From NCBI RefSeq assembly GCF_963921235.1, contig NC_086097.1:22632001-22696000 (forward strand): a stretch of DNA of 64,000 bases, in the 5' to 3' direction. Shown here piece by piece: positions 1 to 12,251 of this stretch. This stretch comes from Mobula hypostoma (Eukaryota). The notes under the pieces were generated by a model, which made no database searches, was not told the origin of the DNA, and saw only the letters and a program-made list of their open reading frames with translations. A program made the translations under genes and the position numbers. Numbering within the stretch: the stretch's first letter is position 1; each line of letters begins with the position of its first letter.

Positions 1-472
1 CTTCGCTTCTGATGGGCTGGCTTGTCCATCAATTAGCTGTCAATTCTAATCCTATTTACCTGACTTGGCTCATAACTTTCTATGCCCTGGAACTTCAAAT
101 GTTCATCTAAATATTTATAAAATGTTATGAGTGTATCTACCCCACCATTCCATCACCCCAGTCTGTACATCTAAGTGACTTACTAGGCCTTTGCTGTGTA
201 CCCCTGAGAAAATATTTTGCCCAAAAATATCCAAGGTGATAAATCTGTTGGAACTGAAATAGCTACAAGTAATATCTGCAATAACTGGTGTCCTCAATTC
301 TCCCTTTCCTCTACAGTCAACTCAACTAGACAAAAATATCATGATCAAAATGCATTGTGTAGGCAATCACAGTTGAAACTTCAACTACAGTGGTTTTCAA
401 GGCATTGTACAACTACTCCTATTCTTGTACCTGTCTTATCAGGAGAAACAAAATTTCTAGTTAATAAATCTG

Positions 473-1057
473 AGTATTGAGTACAGGAGTTGGGACGTTA
501 TGCTGAAGTTGTATAAGATTTTGGTGAGGTCTACTTTGTGTGTAGTTCTGGTCACCTGCCTAGAGGAAAGGTATCAATAAGATTGAAAGAGTGCAGAGAA
601 AATTTACAAGAACGTTGATGGGACTTGAGGATCTGAGTTATAGGGAAAGGTTGAATAGATTAAGACTTTATTCCCTGGAGCGCAGGGGAATGAGGGGAGA
701 TTTGATAAAAGTATACTAAGTTATGAGTGTTATAGATGGGGTAAATGCTGGCAGGCTTTTTCCACTGAGAATGGTAAAAACTGAACTAGAGGTCATAAGT
801 TAAGGATAAAAGGTGAAAATATTGAAGTAGAGTGTCTGAGGAGGAACTTCTTCACTTACAGGGCTGTTCGAGTGTGGAACGAACTGGCAGCAGAAGTGAA
901 AGATTTGGGTTCAATTGCAACATTGAACAGAAGGTTGGAAACTGCATGGATTTTAGAGGTTTGGAGGGCTACAGTCCATATGCCAGTCGATTCAACTGGA
1001 GAGAATAACAGTCCGTCACAGACTAGATGGCCGGTTCTGTGCCACAGTGCTCTATGC
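473..1057 (+). mobile_element. CR1 LINE 3' fragment (ORF2 C-terminus and 3' UTR), degraded
   Basis: Degenerate MLKLYK..V, ERVQRKFTR, RGDLIKVY motifs; homologous to other CR1 3' ends in the window (e.g. 4860-5454). Confidence 0.85.
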
Positions 1058-1663
1058 CTTGTTAGACTTCCCATTTCTGTAATATTATCCAACCCAAAAC
1101 TTTTAAGTGTGAGTTTTTGTTTACTTCCTCCTGCTTCTGAAGAGTCTGAAAATTCTGAAAACAGTTGGAACCATGAAAGAAGAAGCAGAGCTGATTGGGT
1201 TTTGATTTGAGGTATTATCTCTGGTTCCCCCTATTGTGCTGTCTGATCTGGTGTTTCATGCATGTCCGTTTTCATTGCAGCTTTCCAGCAACTGTAATTT
1301 TGGTCATTTCAATCCAGACTAACAAAGGGACATATAATAGTTTATAGATTGTGGTGAAAGTCGGATGTTCATAGGGAAATCTGGTAAATTACTCTAAGAA
1401 TTTTGTGCAATTGAATCCTTTTAGAAAGTAGGACATGACATGCGGGCTGAAACGGGTATATAAAAGCTAAGGACTCTCACCATCTGAGATATACTCTCCT
1501 CTCAGCTCTCTCATTGGGGAGGAGATACAGGAATGTGGAGACTCACACGCAGTGATTCAGGAACAGCTTTTTTCTCTCGGCTGTCAGCTGTCTGAACAGT
1601 TCATGAACCCATAAATGCTCCTCATTATTCCTTTTTTTGCACTATTTATGTATTTTCGCAACT

Positions 1664-2188
1664 CTTTTTTCTTTTCAAATCTTTTTATTATTATTATTCA
1701 AAAAAAACACGAATGCATCGAAGTAAGCAACACTTACAATGTCTCAAGAAGAAAAAATTATGTTAAAGATTGAAAAAATTTTTGTGATAATAAAAAGCCC
1801 TACTAAGCAGAAAAGTGGAAAAAAAAACCATTAGGTGTACAACCCCGGAGCCATGTGTCATACAAAAAGCTTCTAAAGATAAACATCAAACTGCCATCAA
1901 GAAAAAAAAATACCAGAAATTTACAATTAGATCGTGGAGAAAATTTATCAATTAACTCAAATGATAATAACGAGCAAATGAATCCCATCTTTTCTGAAAA
2001 TCAAATAAAGGTTCAAAGGCTCGACTTCTAATTTTCTCCAAACTAAGACATAACATCACTTGAGAGAACCATCGTGACAAAGTGGGAGCTGATGTATCCT
2101 TCCACTTCAACAAAATGGCCCTCCTGGCAATCAGTGTAACAAATGTAATAACATGTTGGTCAGACACATGGATATTTTTGCAACTCAT
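1664..2188 (-). mobile_element. L1-type LINE 3' end
   Basis: Minus ORF 1952-2188 LIARRAILLKWK..APTLSRW...LSLEKIR...FQKRW resembles fish L1 ORF2 C-terminus; AATAAA and A-rich tail on the minus strand at about 1664-1700. Confidence 0.8.
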
Positions 2189-2199
2189 ACAGTATTCTG

Positions 2200-2739
2200 A
2201 AGGGAGAAGGTGAGCATCCAGTAGTCATGGTACATACTGACACCAATCACAGAGGTAGGAAAAGGAAGGAAGTTCAGAAGTGGGAATTGAGGGAGCATGG
2301 TGGAAAGTTGAAAAGCAGGACCACAGGGTAGCAATCTCTGGTTTGCTGCCTGTGCCGCACGCCTATGAGGGTGAGAATAGGATGATTTAGAGATGAATGC
2401 ATGGCTGAGGAACTGTTGCAGGGGGCAGAACTTCAGATTTTTGATTCATTGGGATCTCTTTTGGGAAAGATATGATCTGTACAAAAAGGATAGGTTACAC
2501 CTGAACCCGAGAGAGACTGATATCCTTTCGGGCAGGTTTGCTCGAACTGTTGGGGAGGGTTTAAACTAATTTTGCAGGGGAATGGGAACCAGAGTGGTAG
2601 GGCTGAGGATGGGGGAGGTAGTATACAAGCAGGGGCAGTGTGTAGTGAGACTGTCAGTAAGGACAGGCAGATGATAGGGCAAAATTACAGTCACTTAGAT
2701 GTTTCAGTGTAAAAAAGGGTCAAAGTCAAAAAGGGTGGC
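2200..2739 (+). mobile_element. CR1 element A: ORF1 SGNH/esterase C-terminal part; resumes at 5455-5494 (ORF2 start NTGLMVLYLNARS)
   Basis: Translates with frameshifts to ISGLLPVP..MNAWLRNCCRGQNFRFLIHWDLFW...DRLHLN..GEGLN*; the continuation aligns with the CR1 ORF2 start at 6881-6945. Confidence 0.75.
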
Positions 2740-5454
2740 CATTACAGAGACTTGGATGACTCAGGGGCAGAAATGGCTGCTGGGTGTGCCGGGCTTTAGG
2801 TGTTTCAAAAAGGACAGGGAATGAGGCAAAAGAGGTGGGGGAATGGCACTGCTAATCAGGGATAGTATCACAGCTGCAGAGAAGGAGGAAGTCATGGAGG
2901 GATTGTCTACTGTGTCATTGTGGGTGGAAGGCAGAAACAAGTAGGGGGCAATAACTCCACTGGGTGTTTTTTATAGACCCCCCAATAGTAACAGAGATAT
3001 TGAGGAGTGGATAGGGAAGCAGATTCTGGAACGGTGCAATAATAATAGGGTTGTTACAATGGGTGAGTTAAGCTTTCCTAGTATTGACTGGCATCTCCTT
3101 AGAGCAAGGAGTTTAGATGGGGTGGAGTTTGTTAGGTGTGTTCAGGAAGGTTTCTTGACGCAATATGTAGATAAGCTAACTAGACTTGATCTGGTATTGG
3201 GAAATGAACCTGGTCAGGTGTCAGATCTCTCAGTGAGAGAGCATTTTGTAGGTAGTGATCACAACTCTATCTTCTTTACCATAGCGCTGAAGAGCAATAG
3301 GAACAGACAACTTGGGGAAACATTTAATTGGGGTAGGGGGAAATATGATGCTATTAGGCAGGAACTGGGGAACAAAAATTGGGAGCAGGTATTCTCAGTG
3401 AAATGCATGGCAGAAATATAGCAAATATTCAGGGAACATTTGCATGGCATTCTGCATAGGTATGTTCCATTGGGGCAGGGAAAGGATGGTAGGGTAAAAG
3501 AACCATGGTGTACAAAGGATGTAGAAAACCTAGTTGAGAAGAAAAGAAAAGCTTATGAAAGGTTCAAGAAACTGTTCAAGGTACTGTTAGGGCTCTAGAA
3601 AATTACAAGGGTACCAGGAAGGAGCTCAAGAATGAAATTAGGAGAGCTAAAAGGAGCCATGAGAAGGCCTTGGTGAGCAGTATTAAGGAAAACTCCAAGG
3701 CATTCTACAAGTATGTGAAGAGCAAGATGATGAGCCATGTGAGAATAGGACCAATCAGGAGTGAGAGTGGAAACATGTGCTTGGAGCCAGAAGAGGTAGC
3801 GGAGGTACTTAATGAATACTTTGCTTCAGTATTCAACAGTGAAAAGGATCTTAAAAATTGTGGGGATGAAAGGCATTAAGAAAGAGGATGTGCTGGAGCT
3901 TTTGAAAGGTATTAAGTTTGATAAGTCGCCAGGACCAGACGAGATATACCCCAGGCTACGGTGGGAAGTGAGGGAGGAGATTGCTGAGCCTCTAGTGATG
4001 ATCTTTGCATCATTAATAGGGATGGGAGAAGTACCAGAGAATCGGAAGGTTGCAAACATTGTTCCCTTGTTCAAGAAAGGGAGTAGAGATAACCCAGGAA
4101 ATTATAGACCAGTGAGTGTTATTTCAGTGTTGAGCATGTTGTTGGAGAAGATCCTGAGAAGCAGGATTTATGCACATAAGGAGAGACATAAACTGATTAG
4201 GGATAGTCTGCATGGCTTTGTCAAGGGCAGGTTGTGCTTTATGAGCCTGATTGAATTCTTGAGGATGTAACAAAACACATTGATGAAGGTAGAGCAGTGG
4301 ATGTAGTGTATATGGATTTCAATAAGGCATTTGATAAGGTTCCCCATCCGAGGCTCATTCAGAAAGTAATGAGGCATGGGATGCAAGGAGACCTTGCTTT
4401 TTGGATCCAGAATTGGCTTGTCCACAGAAGGCAAGGGGTAGTTGTTCGTATTCTGCATGGAGGTCGGTGACCAGTGGTGTTCTGCCGGGATCTGTTCTGG
4501 GACCCCTCTTGATGATTTTTATAAATGACCTGGATGAGGAAGTACAAGGGTGGGTTAGTAAGTCTGTCGATGACATAAAAGCTGGGGATGTCGAGGATAG
4601 TCTGGAGGGTTGTCAGAGGTTACAGCAGGACATCGATAGGATGCAGAAGTGATTGGTGGAGTTCAACCCAGATAAGTGTGAGGTGGTTCATTTTGGTACA
4701 TCAAATTTGAAGGCAGGATATAATATTAATGGTAAGACTCTCGGCAGTGTGGTGGATCAGTGAGATCTTGGGGTCCAAGTCTATAGGACACTCATAGCTG
4801 CTACGCAGGTTGACAGCATTATCAACAAGGCATATGGTATATTGGCCTTCATCAACCATGGGATTGAGTTCAAGAGCCGTGAGGTAATGCTACAGCTATA
4901 TAAGACCTTAGTTAGATCTCATTTGGAGAACTGTGTTCAGTCTGGTCACCTCATTACAGAAATGATGTGATACTGTAGAGAGTGCAAAGGAGATTTACAA
5001 GGATGTTGCCTGGATTGGGGAGCATGCTTTTTGAGAATAGGTTGAGTGAACTTGGCCTTTTCTCCTTGGAATGATGGAGGATGAGAGGTGACCTGATAGA
5101 GGTGTATAAGATGATGAGAGGCATTGATTGTGTGGATAGCCAGAGGATTTTTCCCAGGGCTAAAGTGGCTAACATGAGGGGGCATAGTTTTAAGGTGCTC
5201 GGAAGTACGTACAAGGGGGATGTCAGAGGTAAGTTTTTCACACACATAGAGTGGTGGGTGCGAGGAATGCACTGCCAGCAAAGGTCGTGGAGGTGGACAC
5301 AACAGAGTCTTTTAAGAGACTCTTAGAAAGGTACATGGAGCTAAGAAAAATAGAGGGCTATATGTCAGGGAAATTCTAGGCAGTTTCATGGTCGGCATGA
5401 CATTGTGGGCTGAAGGGCCTGCAATGTGCTGTAGATTTCTATGTTTCTATGTTT
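2735..5454 (+). mobile_element. CR1 element B, 5'-truncated ORF2 (AP endonuclease and RT), with stops and frameshifts
   Basis: VAITETW, LDLVLGNEPG, GSDHNSI, KSPGPD, GNYRPVS, DVVYMDF, SGVLPGSVLGP motifs; (TTTCTATG)n tail ending at 5454. Confidence 0.95.
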
Positions 5455-5494
5455 AATACAGGACTGATGGTGTTATATTTGAATGCACGCAGTA

Positions 5495-6618
5495 CAGTTG
5501 ATGTCAGAAGTTTACATACACCTTAGCCAAATACATTTAAACTCAGTTTTTCACAATTCCTGACATTTAATCCTAGAAAACATTCCCTGTCTTAGGTCAG
5601 TTTGGATCACTACTTTATTTTAAGAACGTGAAATGTCAGAATTATAGTAGAGAGAATGATTTATTTCAGCTTTTATTTCTTTCATCACTTTCCCAGTGGG
5701 TCAGAAGATTACATACACTTTGTTAGTATTTGGTAGCGTTGCCTTTAAGTTGTTTAACTTGGGTCAAACGTTTTGGGTAGCCTTCCACAAGCTTCTCACA
5801 GTAGGTTGCTGGAATTTTGTTCCATTCCTCCAGACAGAACCGGTGTAACTGAGTCAGGTTTGTAGGCCTCCTTGCTCGCACACACTTTTGCAGTTCTGCC
5901 CACAAATTTTCTATCGGATTGAGGTCAGAAAATGATGTCAAGTCTGGTTCATCCTTGGGAGCAATTTCCAAATGCCTGAAGGTACCACGTTCATCTGTAC
6001 AAATAATAGTACATCATATAAACACCATGGGACCACGCAGCCGTCATACCACTCAGGAAGGAGACGCATTCTGTCTGCTAGAGATGAACGTACTTTCGCG
6101 CGAAAAATGCAAATCAATCCCAGAACAACAGCAAGGGACCTTGTGAAGATGCTGGAGGAAACAGGTAGACAAGTATCTATATCCACAGTAAAACGAGTCC
6201 TATATCGACATAACCTGAAAGGCTGCTCAGCAAGAAAGAAGCCACTGCTCCAAAACCACCATAAAAAAGCCAGACTACAGTTTGCAAGTGCACATGGGGA
6301 CGCAGATCTTACTTTTTGGAGAAATGTCCTTTGGTCTGATGAAACAAAAATTGAACTATTTGGCTATAATGACCATCATTATGTTTGGAGGAAAAAGGGT
6401 GAGGCTTGCAAACCGAAGAACACCATCCCAACCGTAAAGCATGGGGGTGGCAGCATCATGTTGTGGGGGCTGCTTTGCTGCAGGAGGTACTGGTGCACTT
6501 CACAAAATAGATGGCATCATGAGGAAAGAAAATTATGTGGATATATTGAAGCAACATCTCAAGACGTCAGCCAGGAAGTTAAAGCTCGGTCGCAAATGGG
6601 TCTTCCAAATGGATAATG
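5495..6618. mobile_element. Rearranged Sleeping Beauty-family Tc1 transposon (pseudogenised)
   Basis: TA at 5493-5494 then CAGTTGATGTCAGAAGTTTACATACAC; inner DR at 5692-5719; minus-strand DLNPIENLWAEL...KGNATKY* at 5723-5928; plus-strand KSGSSLGAISK...WSDETK...VFQMDN at 5939-6618 with two frameshifts. Confidence 0.95.
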
Positions 6619-6620
6619 GC

Positions 6621-6710
6621 TAGGGTTGCCAACTTTCTCACTCCCAAATAAGGAATAAAAGTAGCAGTCAAATACGGTAAACTTGTGTTTACCCCGAGAA
6701 AGACTACCTG
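6621..6710. mobile_element. Single terminus of a probable hAT-type DNA transposon
   Basis: Begins TAGGGTTGCCAAC exactly where Tc1 homology stops; no partner end seen. Confidence 0.5.
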
Positions 6711-6711
6711 C

Positions 6712-6880
6712 AGAAAGTTCTTAAGATTTGGGGGCCCATACCAAAGTTCCTCAACCGTCTGAGGTGAAAGGAGCGCTGTTCTGACTTTTTCACCACACAG
6801 CTGGTGTGTACAGACCACATGAGGTCCTTGGTGATGTTTATGCCGAGGAACTTAAAGCTGTTCCCCCTCTCAGCCCCAGA
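6712..6880 (-). mobile_element. Rex-Babar-type LINE internal fragment
   Basis: Close match to 24795-24961 in this window; encodes FKFLG..IT.DL.W on the minus strand. Confidence 0.8.
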
Positions 6881-9103
6881 TTCAAATTCAGAAGGGGAAA
6901 GAATGCAGGACCGAAAGTGCTGTATTTAAACGGACATAGCATTCGGAATAAGGTGGACAAACTTGTGGCACATTTAGAGACTGGTCGGTTTGACATTGAG
7001 GGCATCACTGAATCGCAGCTGAAAGAAGGCCATAGTTGGGAGCTTATCATCAAAGGATGTACTTTATATCGAAAGGACAGGCAGGAAGGCATGGGCAGTG
7101 GTGTGGTTCTGTTGGTAAGAGATGGAATTACATTTTTAGAAAGAGATGACATAGGGACAGAGAATGTTGAATCTCTGTGGGTTGAGTTAAGAAATTACAA
7201 GGGTAAAAAATGTTATGGGAATCATATATAGTCTCCAAATAGTAACCAAGAAGTGGCGTTGAGATTGCACAGGTAGCTGAAAAGGCATGTAATAAGGGTC
7301 ATGACACAATTGTAATGGCGGACTTCAATAGGTAAGAGGATTGGGAAAATCAGGTTGGTATTGGATTGCTGGAGACGGAATTTGTTGAATGCTACGAAAT
7401 GGGTTTTTAAAGCAGCTTGTGTTGAGCCTACTCAGGGAATGGCTATCTTAGCTTGGGTGTTGTGTAATAACCCAGATCTTAATAGCGGGCTTAATGTAAT
7501 GGAGTCAGTGATCATAATATGATTGAATTCATACTGCAATTTGAGAGGGTGAAGCATAAGTCACATGTATCAGTATCGCAATAGAATAAAGAGAATTACA
7601 GAGGCACGAGACAGGAGCTTGCCCAGGTGGATTGGAGGAGGATACTGGCGGGAATGATGGCAGAGCAGAGATGGCTGAAGTTCCTTGGAATATTTCACAA
7701 GGTGCAGGATAGGTTTGTCTCACAGAGAAAAAAAAAATCCCAAATGGCAAGTGTAGGCAACCGTGGCTGACAAAGGAAATTAAGGATTGCATAAAAGCCA
7801 AGGAAAGGGCATATGAGGTAGCAAAAGTGAGTGGGAAGTTGGATAATTGGGAAGCTTTTAAATTCCAACAAAAGGCAACTAAAAAAAGCTGTAAGGTGGG
7901 AAAATATGAAATATGAGGGCAGACTAGCCAATAATAAGAATACCAAAATTTTTTTCAGTTATATAAAGAGTAAAAGGGAGTTGAGAGTTGATATTGGACC
8001 ACTGGAAAATGATGCTGGTGAGGTAGTAATAGGGGACAAAGAAATGGCAGATGAACTTAATGGGAACTTTGCATTTATCTTCACTGTGGAAGACACCAGT
8101 AGTGTGCCAGTGGTCTCTGAGTGTCAGGGAGCAGGAGTGAGTGCCTTTGCTATTACAAAGGAAAATGTGCGAGGCAAACTCAAAGGTCTTAAGGTGGATA
8201 AGTCACCTGGACCATATAGACTACATCCCAGAATCTTAAGAGAGGTTGCTGAAGAGATAACGGATGCTTTGGTCATGATCTTTCAATAATCACTTGATTC
8301 TGGCATAGTCCCGGAGGACTGGAAGATTGAAAATGTCACTCCACTCTTTAAAAAGGGAGGAAGGCAAAAGAGATTAAATTATATGCTAGTTAGTCTAACC
8401 TCTGTGGTTGGGAAAGTGTTGTAGTCTATTATTAAAGATGAGGTTTTGAGGATCTTGGAGAATAATGACAAAGTATGTCAAAGTCAGTATAGTTACTGTG
8501 AAGGGAAATCTTGCCTGACAAATCTGTTAGAGCTATTCTAGGAAGTAACAAGCAGATTGGACAAAGGAGAGATAGTGGATGTCATTTACTTGGATTTTCA
8601 GAAGGCATTTGATAAGGTACCTCACATGATGCTGCTTAACAAGGTAAAATCCTATGGCATTACAGGAAAGATATTGGCATGGATAGAGGAATGGCTGAGA
8701 GGCAGGAGGCAGTGAGTGGGAATAAAGGAGGCCCTTTTTGGTTGGCTGCCAGTGACAAGTGGTGTTCCTCGGGGATCAGTATTGGGACTGTTACTTTTCA
8801 CATTGTTTGACAATGATTTAGTTAATGGAATTAATGGCTTTGTGGTGAAGTTTATGGATGATACGAAGATAGGTGGAGGGGTAGGTAGTGCTGAGGAAGC
8901 AGTGCGATTGTAGCAGGTCTTGGACAAATTGGAAAAATGGGCAAAAAAGTGGTTTATGGAATACAGAGGAAATGTACGATAAAGCATTTTGGTAAAATAA
9001 ACATTAGTGCCGACTATTATCTAAATGGGGAGGAGGTTCAAACATCAGAGATGCAGAAGGACTTAGGAGTCCTCGTGCAAGACTGCCAGAAGGTTGATTT
9101 ACA
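6881..9103 (+). mobile_element. CR1 element C: ORF2 (endonuclease and RT), 3' end missing
   Basis: KVLYLN..SIRNK, ESLWVEL, KSPGP..LHPRIL, TSGVPRGSVLG, KFMDDTK motifs; multiple stops. Confidence 0.93.
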
Positions 9104-9394
9104 GGAATCAGATAATGAATCTGATTCTTCTTCTGAGAAACTGCATGGGCTGTGCTTATTTTAAGGTATCATTATTTTATGTAAAGCATTTATTAATCTT
9201 CTATTTGTTTGCAAGCCTGGTCTAAACTTGTATTGTTTTTCAACATTACATCAGCAAAAGTCAGATTACCTGTTTGTGGGAACCTGCAAATGTGTAACTT
9301 GGTTGTTTCATTTCCAACAATAATGACCACCTTCCAAACCCTCGGAGCTTGTAGACACTTGTGGATATTCTGGGATGTCAGTAGGTACCATGTA

Positions 9395-9580
9395 CACTCA
9401 GTGGCCACTTGATCAGGTACAGGAGCAGAATTTGTTGTGGTCTTCTGCTGCTGTAGCCCATTCACTTAAAGATTTGACAAGTTGTGTATACACAGATGCT
9501 CTTCTGCACACTACTATTGTAAAACATGGTTATTTGAGTTACTGTTGTCTTCCTGTAAATTTGAGCAGATTTGGCCATGG
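9395..9580. mobile_element. Fragment of a non-autonomous Tc1-like element (same family as 31081-31583)
   Basis: TA + CACTCAGTGGCCACTT terminus; interior is the reverse complement of about 31380-31515. Confidence 0.7.
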
Positions 9581-10673
9581 GCTCTTGATTCACTTGGGTG
9601 AAAAGGTTATGAGGAGAAGGCATGAGAATGGGGTTGAGAGGGATAATAAATCAACCCTGAGCAAATGGTGGAGCAGACTCAATGGGCTGAATGGCCTATT
9701 TCTGCTCTTCTGTCTTATTGTCATACTTAAATTATTATATGCTTCAAAATTCATTCTTACTTAGTGGTATTAAGCTTGCCACAAAAGAACATCAATGTAC
9801 TTGGCAGTGCTTTCAAATTGAAATGGAATTTAGAAGCAGATATGACTACTGTACTGATGCTTCTGTGCAGCATGTCTCGGGCTGCTCATCTGGGATGAAC
9901 TCCTCGGCAGCTCTCTTTTACATAGGATTTCCCAACCACTGTGCCCAAAATAACTTGTTTGTTTAATTTCGTTCTGTGGGACTTTTAAATTTGCAGATGT
10001 CTTCTGCACAATGATATTACCAGGTTTACGAATCAGATTGATTTTAATTAGCGCCAAACAATTGACTTATTAGAAGGTGTCTGAGTCTATAGACTGCAAA
10101 GTAAGATGATCTGAAAGATGAACCACAGTTAATTTAAAAGATTAATTTTTAAGCAGTCACCTGCAACAGAGAGGACATGTGACCTGGCTTTGCCTGCAGC
10201 TTACTTGGGACTTTGTGAACATTGTCATACAATCAACCTATTTGTGAAATACAGTAATTTCATGAATTATACGTAATTGGGGTCATGAATTGTGTCTAAA
10301 TATAGCAAAGCATTTGTTTTTGCTTTTCATTATTGTGAATAAAAATAGCCAGAAAAGAACAATTGGTACACTATGTAAATTAAAATCCCATCGTTAGCAA
10401 AAAATTGAATTACTGTTTTTTAATGAAGTGTTAATTATATCAGCATTCAAAATCTCTCTGCAAATCAGTGTTTTTTTAATTTGTCACTGTAGTAAATTTG
10501 CGAAGGCTTAAGCATTTTTTACAAGCATGGAAAAAGGATTTTATAGATAAAATACAGCAAGGAAGAAGTACATGATTTTGAAATGGGTACTTAACCTAGT
10601 CTATCTAGAACTTGTTTTTATATAAGTAGTTTTTGCTGTATTTTTTATTTTTGAATGGCTGTTATAGACTTAG

Positions 10674-10754
10674 CATAGTGTTCACAACCTTTTTGATGTC
10701 ATGGACCAATACCATTAAGCAAGGGGTCCGTGGACCACAAGTTGGGAACCCCTG
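10674..10754. mobile_element. Short hAT/Charlie-like MITE
   Basis: Degenerate TIRs CATAGTGTTCACAAC ... GTTGGGAACCCCTG; no clear TSD. Confidence 0.5.
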
Positions 10755-11122
10755 GAATCAGAAGCTGATATTTAGAACTTTTTTAAATATTTAAATAAAT
10801 GGTTTATTTTAGAGGAATAATCTAACACAAGGGAGCACCATTTTAAAGTGATTGGAAGAAAGTATAGGGAGGGATATCTTCTCCAGAAAGTGGTGTGTGT
10901 GCGGAATGTCCTGCCAGGGGTGGTGGTAGATGCAGATACATTAGGAACATTCAAGAAGCTCTTAGATAGGGCCATGAATGGAGGGAGTGGTGAAATTAAT
11001 CTTACGTAGGTTAGAAGCTCAATACAACATCATGGGCTGAAGGGCCTGTACTCTGCTATTGCACCTTGATTTTGTTAAATCTAAGTTATATAATAGTCGG
11101 TTAATGGGCCAACTATTAATAG

Positions 11123-11425
11123 GTGCGTGGCCAAGTGGTTAAGGCGTCGATCTAGTGATCTGAAGGTAGCCAGTTCGAGCCTCAGCTGAGGCAGCGTGTT
11201 GTGTCCTTGAGCAAGACACTTAACCACACATTGCTCTGCGACGACACCGGTGCCAAGCTATATCGGCCCTTGTGCCCTTCCCTTGGACAACATCGGTGTT
11301 GTGGAGAGGGGAGACTCGCAGCATGGGCAACTGCTGGTCTTCCATACAACCTTGCCCAGGCCTGTGCCCTGGAAACCTTCCAAGGCACAAATCCATGGTC
11401 TCACGAGACCAACGGATACCTATAA
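11123..11425 (+). mobile_element. tRNA-derived SINE with CORE-like central motif (copy 1 of 3)
   Basis: A box TGGCCAAGTGG, B box AGTTCGAGCC, then GTGTCCTTGAGCAAGACACTTAACC; homologues at 44823 and 63655. Confidence 0.9.
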
Positions 11426-11631
11426 TAGACTTGTAAAATTATTCATGAATAAAGTCAATGAAGTGTTCTTTGACCTTTGATTATGAAACCTATGGACAAC
11501 TTTTCAATGGTGCTGACATTATTTTGGCTCTAGCCACCTTTGTATCCCTCAGATTTATCAACAGAAGGGTGCCAATTAATTAATTGGGTTACAGCTAATC
11601 TAGATTTTAATGATACTTAAAACTGTACTGG

Positions 11632-11975
11632 GCAGCAGAGTAGCATAGCATTTAGTTTAGTGCTTTACAATGCCAATAATCATAGTCCGTGTATATTTCC
11701 CAACTCTGTTTACAAGGAGCGGACGTGCTATGTTGGCACCAGAAGCATGGAAGCGTAATTCCGAACAGTGCCAGCTATAAGATCAGGGTCCAATTTCTGG
11801 GGATGGCTGTAAGGAGTTTGTATGTTCTCCCTGTGACTGTGTAGGTTTCTTTGAGGTGTTCCCATTTCCTTCCATCTTTCAAAGCTGTCTGGGTTAGTAG
11901 ATTAATTGATTAAATGGTGGCATGGGTGCATTGGGCCAGAAGGGCCTATCACCATGTTGTATCTCTAAATAAATG
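11632..11975 (+). mobile_element. V-domain (HE1-like) SINE, degraded
   Basis: GTAAGGAGTTTGTATGTTCTCCCTGTGACTGTGTAGGTTTC core; CR1-like tail GGGCCAGAAGGGCCT. Confidence 0.75.
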
Positions 11976-12251
11976 GTAGATGATGAAAATGTTGTTTCCA
12001 AAGCACATCTGTTCCTATCATTCAATACCCTAGAGAGTTTCTGCTCTACAAACCCATTGGCTAATGAGCTAAACTCCAGTCTGAATAATAGTCAAAGGAT
12101 ATGGAGGCATAGGGGTTAAGTTATTTGACTTTCGATCAGAAGATGTGCATTTCAATCCCAGCAGAGTAGCTGAGGAATTTGAACTCAAGTCTAAATGGCA
12201 CTGTCAGTTCTGGTGATTGTGCTGCTGAGATATATCCTAGGACATGCTAGT

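Noticed and set aside
5972..6616. 214-aa ORF as a functional transposase
   Set aside because: Two frameshifts, N-terminus missing, and the third catalytic residue lies on the opposite strand
11123..11195. tRNA gene (also 44823 and 63655)
   Set aside because: Runs into a shared SINE body; no clean cloverleaf or terminator
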